55,583 nucleotides of DNA from Candidatus Methylomirabilia bacterium (GCA_041496385.1 JBGQEL010000020.1:1-55583); one strand, 5' to 3'. Shown: positions 1 to 9,689, counted from the stretch's first letter. Numbers and translations: made by a program. Notes: a model not told the origin generated them from the sequence alone.

Positions 1-116
1 AGGTACGCGGGGACGATCGTGAGCAGCAGGACAGCAATCCCGAGCACGTGACGCGCGAGCAGGGATGGGGCGCCTCGCTCCGTGGAGCTTCGAGCCGCCG
101 ATCCCGTTTCGTTCAC
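1..116 (-). CDS. Membrane protein, N-terminal part only (runs off the window edge)
   Basis: GTG at 116 with GGAGG 7 nt upstream. Reads MNETGSAARSSTERGAPSLLARHVLGIAVLLLTIVPAY, ending in a hydrophobic helix. Sigma-54 motif lies upstream. Confidence 0.55.
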   Translation of the reverse strand, partial: MNETGSAARSSTERGAPSLLARHVLGIAVLLLTIVPAY

Positions 117-203
117 GTCATTTCCTCCAGTTTTCGCAGTTGGGTTCGGGCGCTTGGATAGAACGGTGCTTCGGAATGGCTCTGAACGCAGCAAGCCGGG
201 AAG

Positions 204-221
204 ACGCAACCGGGGTGCCAG
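204..221 (-). promoter_or_regulatory. Sigma-54 (-24/-12) promoter
   Basis: Minus strand CTGGCACCCCGGTTGCGT = TGGCAC-N5-TTGC with exact GG-N10-GC spacing, about 90 nt upstream of the GTG at 116. Confidence 0.7.
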
Positions 222-303
222 CCCTCCGGAAACACGCTTCCACGCCTGCTGGGGAAGCTAGTTAGGTCGCGCCGCCTAAACCTGTTTCAAGGTGCTGCCG
301 GCG

Positions 304-702
304 TCACCGATCCGACACGTGCGTGCCATCCGGTCCCCCGGCCCAGGGTCGCGGCCGCACCGGGCTGAACACGGTGCGCCGCGGAGACAGGGCAGGCGGC
401 TTTCGCTCAGCCTCGGGCGCGCGCTGCGGAATCGAACGCAGGCGCAGATTCGCGCACTCGATGAAACAATCCAGGGCCGTGGCGACCTCGGGCACGCTTC
501 TCGCCTTCGCGACCTCGATCGAAACGTCGGCTTCGGCGAACACCGCATTGGTCGCGCCCAGCGCGCTCGATGCCGCGTGCGCCTTGAAGACCGCGATCCA
601 TGCGTGGTCCGGCGGTCGGCTGAGCCGGAAGCGGACGTAGGCCCGACCGTCGGGCCCGCGCTGATCGAGCGCGGGTTCGTTGACGCGGTGGATGGTTTGC
701 AT
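304..702 (-). CDS. Hypothetical protein (132 aa)
   Basis: ATG at 702 with GGAG upstream. Protein-like composition (MQTIHRVNEPALD...YVRFRLSRPPDHAWIAVF). No family recognised. Confidence 0.55.
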   Translation of the reverse strand: MQTIHRVNEPALDQRGPDGRAYVRFRLSRPPDHAWIAVFKAHAASSALGATNAVFAEADVSIEVAKARSVPEVATALDCFIECANLRLRSIPQRAPEAERKPPALSPRRTVFSPVRPRPWAGGPDGTHVSDR

Positions 703-747
703 GACTGACTCCGTGGCAATCACGCCCGAGCGAGCCGCCCGGTGGAC

Positions 748-1965
748 TCAGAACCCGAGACTCACCGAAGAGAGACTAAATCCAAGCACAGAACGGGAGG
801 CCTGTCCAGCGCCCATCGGGCGCAGGACCGCGGCGTAGATCTCCTCGAGGCGCCCTGTCTGAACGCGCGCGTCGTGGTTTCGCTCGACGTGGGCGCGCCC
901 CCGACGTCCCATCGGCTCCCACAGCCGAGGCTCGGTGACGAGCCGCTCGAGATGCTCCGCCAGACGGCGCACATCCCGCTCGGGGCTCAGGAGCGCGCTC
1001 TCCCCGTCGACGACCACCTCGGGAATGTCGGCGTGGACCGTCGCGACGACGGGCATCCCGGTGGCCTCCGCCTCGACGATCGCGACCGGTGCGCCGCCCT
1101 CGCTATCGCCGTCGCGCGCGGTGATGCTCGGGCTCAGGAAGACGTGATGCTCGAGGAGCATCCGCCGGAACACCGTGTACGGCTGAAATCCGACCCAGGT
1201 CACGGCGCCGTTCAACCGGCCCACCAGGGCCAGGATCTCGCGCTTCTCCTCCTCGTCACCGGGCTTGCCCCCGCTGTCGCCGATGAGCGTGACCCGCAGG
1301 CGCGGGTATCGCTGCTGGACGCGCGCCACCGCGCGCAGGGCGTCCGGGATCCCCTTCTTCTCGCGGAACGTGCCGGCGATGAGGATCTTGACGAGCCCGG
1401 ATGGATCGGGCCGGCGCACGACGAAGGGCAGGGTCTCCAGCGGAACCCCGAGACGCTGGATGATGGCCTTATCGGGTGGGCACCCGAGGGCCAGGAGCGC
1501 GCGGCGTGTCGCCGACCCTTCGCCGAGGAACACCTGTCCCTCGGCGAAGAGCTGCCGGTAACGATCCCGCCACGCGGGATCGCGCGCGAGCTGGGAAACG
1601 TCCGCCCCGTAGAAGCTCGTGACCATCGGCAGACCGACCCGGCGGCGGACGTCCAGGAGCTCGGCGCCCACGTCACCGAAGTGCGCATGGATCAGGCACG
1701 CCTTCTGCCGCCGCAGCACGTGAGCGTAGAACGCCGGGCGCGCGCCGCGCAGGCGGCCCTCGCGGAGACACAGCGCGATCTTCCGGGCGTAGCCGAGATC
1801 TGCATAGGCGTGGACCCTCGGGAATGGGAAGACGTCGAGGTTCTCCGTCTGCTCGGTGACGACGATCGGAGCATAGCGCTTCATGTGGACCAGCGGCGAG
1901 TGGATCCAGCTCCCGGTCCGGAACAGGTACGGGAACACGAAATGCGCGACCACCGGCGCGCTCAC
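748..1965 (-). CDS. Glycosyltransferase family 4 (WcaL-like)
   Basis: HAHFG, TSFYGAD, FREKKG and DGDSEGGAPVAIVEA (EX7E) motifs. GTG start overlaps the flippase stop (GTGA). Confidence 0.9.
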   Translation of the reverse strand: MSAPVVAHFVFPYLFRTGSWIHSPLVHMKRYAPIVVTEQTENLDVFPFPRVHAYADLGYARKIALCLREGRLRGARPAFYAHVLRRQKACLIHAHFGDVGAELLDVRRRVGLPMVTSFYGADVSQLARDPAWRDRYRQLFAEGQVFLGEGSATRRALLALGCPPDKAIIQRLGVPLETLPFVVRRPDPSGLVKILIAGTFREKKGIPDALRAVARVQQRYPRLRVTLIGDSGGKPGDEEEKREILALVGRLNGAVTWVGFQPYTVFRRMLLEHHVFLSPSITARDGDSEGGAPVAIVEAEATGMPVVATVHADIPEVVVDGESALLSPERDVRRLAEHLERLVTEPRLWEPMGRRGRAHVERNHDARVQTGRLEEIYAAVLRPMGAGQASRSVLGFSLSSVSLGF

Positions 1966-3431
1966 CTTCCGGCACCTCCCGGCTGCCACAGGTGCAGGCC
2001 CAGCCGCCGCACTTCACCGACGGCCTCGGCGTCGGTGAGCCAGAGCCATCCTCCGTATGTCAGGATCCCGGTCGCTGCGCTCAGGACCAGGACCGCGGGC
2101 GGCTCGAAGTGAGCCGCCAGCAGGGCGTGTCTGAGCAGCGCGACGAGCCCCGCCATGAGCACCGAACCGAGGAAGACGCCGCGGACGGACCGCAGCAGAT
2201 CCCGGACCGGCAGACCGATCACCCGGAAGGCGATCATGAGCTCCGGCACGATCAGCGCGCCGTTGACGGCGGCGTACGCCACGGCCACACCGATCACGCC
2301 CCAGCGGATGCCGATGAAGAACGCGGGATAGACGACGGCCGCGAAGGCCACGCCCCAGGCGAACATCAGGCCCGTACGGGCCCGGGCCATGAAGATGCTC
2401 CCCGTCGTCGTCGAGATCGATTGCAGCACGCCGACCAGGCACAGGATCTGAAGAATGGGCACCACCGGAGCCCACTGGCGCCCGTAGATGACCTCGATGG
2501 CCTCGGGAGCCGTGACGATCAGCCCCAGCATCGCCGGAAACGCCACGGTCGCGATGCCGGACACCGCCTTCAGATAGGCGGCGCGAAACCGGGGCAAGTC
2601 GCCACCGATCTCGGCCAGCGCGGGGAACATCACGGCGCAGATCACACCCGCGACGTTCTGGACCGGATAGAGCATCAGCTGGTAGGCCCTCGTGTAGTAC
2701 CCGAGCGCCAGCGGGCCCAGGTAGCGACCGATCAGCGCGTCGTCGAGCCGTCGACTGAAGTAGTTGACGACCGCGAAGCCCTGCAGCCCGACGCCGAATC
2801 GCATCGCCATCCGGACCTCGGAGCCCCGCAGATGCCGGCTCGGCCGCCACGGGCAGCGCACATAGAAGAGGAGCGCGGGGAATGCCGTGCCCAGCAGGCT
2901 CGCGCCGACCAGGCTCCACACGCCCCACCCGCCGGCCGCCAGCGCGAGACCCGCCAGGCCGCCCGCGAGGACGCCGCCCCACTCGATCTGCGCGATCGCG
3001 CGGAAGTGCAGCTGCTTCGCGAGCCAGGCTCGCTGGGTCGTGCCCGCGGCCGCGAGGAGGGGGACCCACCCGAGCGCGCGCAGGATGGGAATGACCCTCT
3101 CGTCCCGGAAAAAGGCCGACGCCAGCGGGGCGAGGAGCCACACGGCCACGCCGACGAGCGCCCCCAGCCCGAGCCCGAGCCAGTGGACGGACGACCACGC
3201 GCCCGCGGCGACGTCGGGGCGCTGCACGAGCGCCTCCGCCATGCCGGCGTGCGCAAAGATCTCGAGGAGCCCCACGACGAACATCGCCATCGCGACCAGC
3301 CCGTAGTCCCCGGGCGTCAACAGGCGGGCGAGCGCGACTCCGACGACGAACTGCGTCGCCTGGCGAGCGATCTCGCCGCTCGCCACCCAGGCGATCGCCG
3401 ACCTCGTGCGGCCGGCGAAGGACGGGCTCAC
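1962..3431 (-). CDS. Wzx-type polysaccharide flippase
   Basis: LARLLTPGDYG, GVWSLV, LGYYTRA motifs and many TM helices. GTG start overlaps the DegT stop (GTGA). Confidence 0.9.
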   Translation of the reverse strand: MSPSFAGRTRSAIAWVASGEIARQATQFVVGVALARLLTPGDYGLVAMAMFVVGLLEIFAHAGMAEALVQRPDVAAGAWSSVHWLGLGLGALVGVAVWLLAPLASAFFRDERVIPILRALGWVPLLAAAGTTQRAWLAKQLHFRAIAQIEWGGVLAGGLAGLALAAGGWGVWSLVGASLLGTAFPALLFYVRCPWRPSRHLRGSEVRMAMRFGVGLQGFAVVNYFSRRLDDALIGRYLGPLALGYYTRAYQLMLYPVQNVAGVICAVMFPALAEIGGDLPRFRAAYLKAVSGIATVAFPAMLGLIVTAPEAIEVIYGRQWAPVVPILQILCLVGVLQSISTTTGSIFMARARTGLMFAWGVAFAAVVYPAFFIGIRWGVIGVAVAYAAVNGALIVPELMIAFRVIGLPVRDLLRSVRGVFLGSVLMAGLVALLRHALLAAHFEPPAVLVLSAATGILTYGGWLWLTDAEAVGEVRRLGLHLWQPGGAGR

Positions 3432-4603
3432 CTCATCAGCGCGCTGGCGGACCGGACCGTCGTCACCTCCCGGACCGCGGCGATCACGTTGGCGACGTCC
3501 TCGTCCTGCAGCTTGGCCGAGAACGGCAGCGAGACCGTCCGGGCTCCGATCCACTCCGCGTTGGGGAAGTCGTCCGGCTTGTAGCCGAACGTCTCGCGGT
3601 AGTAGTGGTGGAGGTGGAGGGCCGTGTAGTGGACGCCGACGCCGATGTTGCGACTGATCAGCTCGTCCAGGACCTGGTCACGGCTCTTGCCGATCTCCTC
3701 GGTCCTCAGGACGATCGTGTATAGATGACGCGCGTGGACCGTCCCCGCCTCGACGGGCGCCGGCCGCATCAGGGGAAGGTCCGCGAAGGCATCGTCGTAG
3801 CGGGCCCAGATCTCCTCGCGCCGCCGAGCGTTGCGCTCGATGCGCGCCAGCTGGTGCAGTCCGAGCGCGGCTTGCAGATCGGTCATGTTGTACTTGAAGC
3901 CGGCGACGCGGGCCTCGTAGTGCTTGTAGCCCTCGTCGGAGAACCGCCGCCAGGCGTCCTGACTCATCCCGTGGAGCGCGTACATCTTGATCTTCGCGGC
4001 GATCTCCGAGTCGTCGGTGGTGACCATGCCCCCTTCGGCGGTCGTGAGGTTCTTGGTCGCGTAGAAGCTGAAGCACGTCAGGTTCCCGATCGTGCCGATC
4101 TTCCGGCCCCGATGCGCGGCCTCGACGGCGTGCGCAGCGTCCTCGATGACGAGCAGATTGTGCCGGCGCGCCAGCGCCTCGAGCGCGTCCATGCGGCAGG
4201 GGCGGCCGGTGTAGTGGACCGGGACGATCGCGCGCGTGCGGGGCGTGATCGCCGCCGCGACGCGCTCGGGGTCGATGTTGCCGGTGTCCGGCTCGACGTC
4301 CACGAACACCGGTCGCGCGCCCGTGTGGACGATGGAGTTGGCCGTGGCGCAGAACGTGAGCGGCGTGGTGATGACCTCGTCACCCGGCCCGACGCCGGAG
4401 ACGAGCATCGCGAGGTGCAGGGCCGCCGTGCAGGAACTGACGGCGACGGCCTCTCGGCACCCGATGTACTCCTTGAAGAGCTCCTCGAACCGCGCGACGC
4501 GTGGTCCCGTGCCGATCCAGCCGGATCGGAGCGTTGCAACGACCTCCTGTATCTCGTCCTCCCCGATCAGTGGGCTCCCGAAGACAAGGAAATCCTTCCC
4601 CAT
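3428..4603 (-). CDS. DegT/DnrJ/EryC1/StrS (ArnB-like) PLP-dependent sugar aminotransferase
   Basis: SSCTAALH, IEDAAHA, FSFYATKNLTTAEGG (PLP lysine), GFKYNM. GGGAG before the ATG at 4603. Confidence 0.93.
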   Translation of the reverse strand: MGKDFLVFGSPLIGEDEIQEVVATLRSGWIGTGPRVARFEELFKEYIGCREAVAVSSCTAALHLAMLVSGVGPGDEVITTPLTFCATANSIVHTGARPVFVDVEPDTGNIDPERVAAAITPRTRAIVPVHYTGRPCRMDALEALARRHNLLVIEDAAHAVEAAHRGRKIGTIGNLTCFSFYATKNLTTAEGGMVTTDDSEIAAKIKMYALHGMSQDAWRRFSDEGYKHYEARVAGFKYNMTDLQAALGLHQLARIERNARRREEIWARYDDAFADLPLMRPAPVEAGTVHARHLYTIVLRTEEIGKSRDQVLDELISRNIGVGVHYTALHLHHYYRETFGYKPDDFPNAEWIGARTVSLPFSAKLQDEDVANVIAAVREVTTVRSASALMR

Positions 4604-4890
4604 GGTGAGCTCTCCCAAGAATGTTTCATTTTCATTGTTTTCTCGTCAGCGACTGCCCTGCTCGGTGGCGACTACACTTCCGGGTTCCGGCTAAGAATCG
4701 GGAGCGTACCATGCGGCCCGGCCGAAGGCCAGAGCAGGGATGCGCCAGTAGTGTCTCACGATGCACGACCGTGTTTCCGGAAATCGAAAGCGCTCCGGGC
4801 AACGCGTGCACGACGGTGACGAACGTCCAGCGCCGCCCCGTTAGCTGCTAGGATCAGGCGGCCGGACCAGTGGGACCGAGGAGGGCGCAC

Positions 4891-6120
4891 ATGCGGGCGA
4901 TCGGGCGGCTGTTCGTGCTGGCGGGGATCCTGCACCTGGCGGCGGGCGAGGCGTTGGCGCAGGGGCCGATCCGGATTGGGTTCATCTCACCGCTGTCCGG
5001 CGCGATTGCCGCGGCCGGCAAGGACATGTACAGCGGCTGCGAGCTCTACTGGCAGGAGAACGGCTGGCAGATGGCCGGGCGCAAGATCGAGGTGATCCTC
5101 GAGGACAACGAGGGCCTGCCCGCCACGGCGCTGACGAAGCTCCGCAAGCTCGTCGAGAACGACCGCGTCCACATGGTCGCGGGCGTCATCCTGTCGAACG
5201 TCGCCTATGCGCTCGTGCCCTACATCGAGCAGCAGGGCATCCCCACGATGTACCCGATCAACTCGGCCGACGACCTGACGCAGCGCAAGCGGCCGAAGTG
5301 GCTGATCCGTACGGGCTTCTCGGCGGGCGGCAACATGCACCCGTTCGGCGAGTACGCGGCCCGGGTCCTCGGCTACAAGAAGGTCGTGACGGTCGGTCTC
5401 GACTACGCGTTCGGCTGGGAGACGGTCGGCGGGTTCCACAAGTCGTTCGAGGACAACGGCGGCCAGATCGTCCAGAAGCTCTGGGTGCCGCTCAATGTGC
5501 AGGACTACGGGCCGTACCTCGCCCAGATCAAGCGCGACGCCGACGCGATCTTCGTCAACGGGCTCGGACGATGGACGCTGCTGTTCGCCAAGCAGTACGC
5601 CGACAGCGGCCTCAAGGGGCGCGTCCCGCTCATCGCCAACGGCACCTACACGGACGAGCACGTGCTGCCGCAGCTCGGCGACGAGTCGCTCGGCGTCATC
5701 AGCGCGCACCACTACTCGGCCGCGCTGGAGACGCCGGCCAACCAGAAGTTTCGCGCCGCGTACGAGAAGGCCTACCAGCGGACACCGGGCTTCTACGGCG
5801 AGAACTGTTACACCGGGGCCCGGATCATCGGCGAGGCCATCCGCGCCATCGGCGGCAAGGTCGAGGACCGCGCCGCGCTCATGGCGGCGCTGCGCGCGGT
5901 GAAGATCACCGACGCGCCGCGCGGGCCGGTCGAGATGGACGCCTACGGCAACCCGACGCAGAACATCTACATCCGCAAGGTGGAGCGCATCGGCGGCAAG
6001 CTCCAGAACTCGGTGATCCACACGTACCCGGCCGTGAGCCAGTTCTGGAAGTACAACCCCGAGGAGTTCCTGAAGCAGCCAGTCTACTCGCGGGAGTTTC
6101 CACCGTGCAGGCACTGCTGA
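4891..6120 (+). CDS. ABC transporter solute-binding protein, branched-chain amino acid/aromatic acid (LivK-like) family
   Basis: Signal peptide (ALA-Q), IRIGFISPLSG, DYAFGWE, DAPRGP. GAGGAGG RBS. Confidence 0.9.
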   Translation: MRAIGRLFVLAGILHLAAGEALAQGPIRIGFISPLSGAIAAAGKDMYSGCELYWQENGWQMAGRKIEVILEDNEGLPATALTKLRKLVENDRVHMVAGVILSNVAYALVPYIEQQGIPTMYPINSADDLTQRKRPKWLIRTGFSAGGNMHPFGEYAARVLGYKKVVTVGLDYAFGWETVGGFHKSFEDNGGQIVQKLWVPLNVQDYGPYLAQIKRDADAIFVNGLGRWTLLFAKQYADSGLKGRVPLIANGTYTDEHVLPQLGDESLGVISAHHYSAALETPANQKFRAAYEKAYQRTPGFYGENCYTGARIIGEAIRAIGGKVEDRAALMAALRAVKITDAPRGPVEMDAYGNPTQNIYIRKVERIGGKLQNSVIHTYPAVSQFWKYNPEEFLKQPVYSREFPPCRHC

Positions 6121-6878
6121 ACGGCGTCGCGTTCGACTACGAGGTGAGCGGCGGCGGGCCGGCCTTGCTCCTGAGCCATGGCTACTCGGCCACACGCCGC
6201 ATGTGGGACGGCCAGCACCGCGCCCTCGACGACCGGTATCGTGTCATCAGCTGGAGCATGCGCGGCCACGGCCAGACCGAGAGCCCAGCGGATCCCGCGC
6301 AGTACTCCGCGGAGCTCACGATCGCCGACATGCGTGGCCTGCTCCGGCACCTGGGAGTCGAGCGGGCGGTCGTCGGCGGGCTCTCGCTCGGCGGCTACGC
6401 GTCCCTGGGGTTCTACCTGACGCACCCGGAGATGGTCCGCGCGCTGGTCGTCTGCGACTCCGGCCCGGGCTATCGGAACGCGGAGGCGCGCGCGGCCTGG
6501 AACCGGCGCGCGCACGAGCGCGCTGCCGAGCTGGAGACGCGCGGGCTCGAGGCACTCGGCGGGCGGAGCCGGGAGATGCGCGACGCGATGGCCCACCATC
6601 GCTCGCCGCAGGGGCTGGCGCACGCGGCCCGAGGGATGCTGGCCCAGACTGGCTCGCGCGTGATCGACGGCCTCGCGACGATCGGCGTCCCGACGCTGAT
6701 CGTCGTCGGGGACCAGGACCAGCCGTTCCTGGCGCCCTGCGAGTACATGGCGAAGAAGATTTCCGGCGCCAGGCTGGAGGTCGTCCCCGGCGCCGGCCAC
6801 TCGGCAAATCTCGATCAGCCCGAGATCTTCAACCGGATCCTGCGCGGGTTCCTCGACGGCCTGCCGCCCGACCGCTAG
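6105..6878 (+). CDS. Alpha/beta fold hydrolase
   Basis: HGY oxyanion motif, GLSLGG nucleophile elbow, GDQD acid, GAGH histidine. GTG start with GGGAG upstream. Confidence 0.88.
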   Translation: MQALLNGVAFDYEVSGGGPALLLSHGYSATRRMWDGQHRALDDRYRVISWSMRGHGQTESPADPAQYSAELTIADMRGLLRHLGVERAVVGGLSLGGYASLGFYLTHPEMVRALVVCDSGPGYRNAEARAAWNRRAHERAAELETRGLEALGGRSREMRDAMAHHRSPQGLAHAARGMLAQTGSRVIDGLATIGVPTLIVVGDQDQPFLAPCEYMAKKISGARLEVVPGAGHSANLDQPEIFNRILRGFLDGLPPDR

Positions 6879-6890
6879 GGGCGGCGGCGC

Positions 6891-8078
6891 TCAGCCCTTC
6901 GGCAGCCCCAGCACGCGCTCGCCGATGATGTTGCGCTGGATCTCGCTCGTCCCCGCGGAGATCGTGTACTGCCGCGCTGCGAGCACGCGGTTGAACCAGC
7001 GCGGCGCGTCGGGCACCGTCTCCGCGGGGCGGTTGACCAGCACGTACATGCCGAGCAGCTCGCCCGCCGCCTCCGCGATCCGCACGCCCAGCTCCGTGCC
7101 GGTGAGCTTGAGGATCGAGCCCTCGGGTCCGGGCGGCTCGCCGCGGATCTGGCGCGTGAGCGCGCGGAAGCGCGTGTACTTCATCGCCTCGCACTCGATC
7201 GCGAGCTGCGATAGGCGCTGGCGGATGCGCGGATCGTCCCACGCGGTCCCCCCGTCGACGGGCAGCCGCCGCGCGACCGCGATCAGGTCCCGCACCTGGC
7301 CGATGGGGTTGCGCGCGCCCGACGAGTGGCGCTCGTACATCAGCGTCGTCGTCGAGACCTTCCAGCCGTGATTCAGCGGCCCGAGGAGCTGCGCCTTCGG
7401 CACCACCACGTCGGTGAAGAAGACCTCGTTGAAGTGATGGTGGCCCGTCATGAGCACGAGCGGCCGCACGCTCACGCCTGGCGTCTTCATGTCCACGAGC
7501 AGGCAGGAGATGCCGTTGTGCTTCGGCGCGTTCGGATCGGTCCGCACCAGCAGAATGATCGCGTCGGCGTACTGCGCCCCCGACGTCCAGACCTTCTGGC
7601 CGTTCACGAGGAAGTGGTCGCCGCGATCCTCGGCCCGCGTCCTGAGGCTCGCGAGATCGGAGCCGGCGCCCGGCTCGGAGAAGCCCTGGGCCCAGATCTC
7701 TTCGGCGTCGAGGATCCGCGGCAGGTAGCGTTCCTTCTGCGCGTCGGTGCCCCAGTGGATGATCGTCGGGCCCACGAGGTTGAGGCCCATGCCCGGCAGG
7801 ACCGGCGCGCGCGCGCGCGCGTATTCCTCGTCCCAGATGACGCGCTCGACGATCGAGGCCCCCCGGCCGCCGTACTCCCTGGGCCACGCGATGCCGACCC
7901 AGCCCGCGCCGTGCATGGTCTTCTGCCAGGCGCGGCGGCGCTCGAACGTCTCGCGATCGGCGGCGACGCGGTCGTCGGCCGGGTCGTCCAGGCTCAGCTC
8001 GGGCGGGAGATTTGCGGCGAGCCAGCCCCGCAGCTCCTTGCGGAAGGCCTCGTGCTCGGGCGAGTACTCGAAATCCAT
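6891..8078 (-). CDS. Acyl-CoA dehydrogenase
   Basis: WAQGFSEPGAGSDLA, NGQKVWTS, FNEVFF, ISAGTSEIQRNIIGER. Confidence 0.93.
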   Translation of the reverse strand: MDFEYSPEHEAFRKELRGWLAANLPPELSLDDPADDRVAADRETFERRRAWQKTMHGAGWVGIAWPREYGGRGASIVERVIWDEEYARARAPVLPGMGLNLVGPTIIHWGTDAQKERYLPRILDAEEIWAQGFSEPGAGSDLASLRTRAEDRGDHFLVNGQKVWTSGAQYADAIILLVRTDPNAPKHNGISCLLVDMKTPGVSVRPLVLMTGHHHFNEVFFTDVVVPKAQLLGPLNHGWKVSTTTLMYERHSSGARNPIGQVRDLIAVARRLPVDGGTAWDDPRIRQRLSQLAIECEAMKYTRFRALTRQIRGEPPGPEGSILKLTGTELGVRIAEAAGELLGMYVLVNRPAETVPDAPRWFNRVLAARQYTISAGTSEIQRNIIGERVLGLPKG

Positions 8079-8129
8079 GGCGGTCCGGCCGCTAGCATAT
8101 ACTCTTTGGCTCCAGGGGAGGGACGCGAC

Positions 8130-9689
8130 ATGTCCTGGTCGCTCGGCGGCATCGTCCGGGAGCACGCGCGCCGGCGCGGCGACCGCCCGATGATCACTTA
8201 CGGCGCGCGCACGATCACCTGGACCGAGATGGACGCGCGCTCGAGCCGGGTGGCCCAGGGGCTGCTGGCCGCGGGACTCGCCGCGCAGAGCCGCGTCGCC
8301 TTCGTGGACAAGAACGGCCCCGAGTACTTCGAGGTGCTCTTCGGCGGGGGCAAGGCCAACGTCGTCAACGTGGCCGTCAACTGGCGGCTCACTCCCGCCG
8401 AGATGGCCTACGTCATCAACGACGCGGGCGCGCGGCTCCTCTTCGTCGGCCCCGACTTCCTCGGCCACCTCGACGAGATGGAGAGCGTCCTCAAGACGGT
8501 CGAGAAGATCATCGTCATGGGTGGGCACCCGCGCCACGAATCCTACGAGACGTGGGTCGCCCGCCATCCGGCCGACGATCCGGCGCAGCCCGCGGCGCCC
8601 GGCGACGTTGCGATGCAGCTCTACACGTCGGGCACGACGGGCCTGCCGAAGGGGGCGATGCTCACCAATGGCAACCTCGGCACGCTCCTGCCCTTCGTCG
8701 GGCCCTGGTGGCACTTCGACGAGACGTCCGTGAATCTCGTGTGCATGCCGCTGTTTCACATCGGCGGCTCGGGCTGGGCGCTGGTCGGCATGGGGGTCGG
8801 CGGCCACTCGATCCTCTTCCGTGAGTTCGTGCCGGGGGAGATCCTGGCCGCGCTCGAGCGCCACCGGATCACCAACGCGCTCTTCGTGCCCGCGATGCTC
8901 CAGTTCCTGACGGCGGTTCCCGGCGCGTCCGAGCGCGACTACGCCGCCCTCCGCGCGATCGTCTACGGGGCCTCGCCGATCACCAACGAGGTGCTCGTCC
9001 GCTCGATGAAGACGTTCCGCTGCCCCTTCATCCAGGTCTACGGGCTCACCGAGACGACCGGGGCCATCACGCAGCTTCCCGCCGCCGATCACCTCGTGGA
9101 GGGACCCCGCGCCTCGCTCCTCCGGTCGGCGGGCAAGGCGTTTCCCTGGGTGGAGCTCCGCGTCGTGGACGCCGCGACCGGGCGCGCCTGCGCGGGCGGC
9201 GAGGTGGGCGAGGTGTGGACGCGCTCGGTGCAGAACTTCAAGGGATACTGGGGCAAGCCCGAGGAGACGGCGCGGACGCTCGGCGCCGACGGATGGCTCA
9301 AGACCGGCGACGCCGGCTTTCTCGACGCGGAGGGCTATCTGTTCCTCACGGACCGGGTCAAGGACATGATCATCACCGGGGGCGAGAACGTGTACCCGGC
9401 CGAGGTCGAGAACGCCCTGTCCGATCACCCGGCGGTCGGCGACGTCGCCGTGATCGGCGTGCCCGACGATCGATGGGGCGAGACGGTCAAGGCGATCGTG
9501 GTGCGAAAGCCGGGCACGGCCGTCCGCCCCGAGGAGCTCATCGCCTTCGCCCGCGCGCGTCTGGCGCACTACAAGTGCCCGACCTCGGTGGACTTCGCGG
9601 AGTCACTGCCCCGCAACCCGTCGGGCAAGCTCCTCAAGCGCGAGCTGCGCGAGGCCTACTGGAGGGGTCGCGAGCGCCGGATCAACTGA
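8130..9689 (+). CDS. Long-chain fatty acid-CoA ligase
   Basis: YTSGTTGLPKG, YGLTE, TGD, GGENVYP, RNPSGK. GGGGAGG RBS. Confidence 0.93.
   Translation: MSWSLGGIVREHARRRGDRPMITYGARTITWTEMDARSSRVAQGLLAAGLAAQSRVAFVDKNGPEYFEVLFGGGKANVVNVAVNWRLTPAEMAYVINDAGARLLFVGPDFLGHLDEMESVLKTVEKIIVMGGHPRHESYETWVARHPADDPAQPAAPGDVAMQLYTSGTTGLPKGAMLTNGNLGTLLPFVGPWWHFDETSVNLVCMPLFHIGGSGWALVGMGVGGHSILFREFVPGEILAALERHRITNALFVPAMLQFLTAVPGASERDYAALRAIVYGASPITNEVLVRSMKTFRCPFIQVYGLTETTGAITQLPAADHLVEGPRASLLRSAGKAFPWVELRVVDAATGRACAGGEVGEVWTRSVQNFKGYWGKPEETARTLGADGWLKTGDAGFLDAEGYLFLTDRVKDMIITGGENVYPAEVENALSDHPAVGDVAVIGVPDDRWGETVKAIVVRKPGTAVRPEELIAFARARLAHYKCPTSVDFAESLPRNPSGKLLKRELREAYWRGRERRIN

Noticed and set aside
4733..4748. 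Sigma-54-like motif TGGCGCATCCCTGCT upstream of the DegT operon
   Set aside because: GG-to-GC spacing is 9 nt rather than the strictly required 10.
6891..9689. Apparent giant N-terminal extensions in the ORF track (892-aa ACAD, 787-aa ligase; likewise the 1208-, 1153- and 1288-aa ORFs)
   Set aside because: The extensions are open shadow frames over neighbouring genes. The true starts have an RBS or -10 signal and family-typical N-termini, so these are not fusions.
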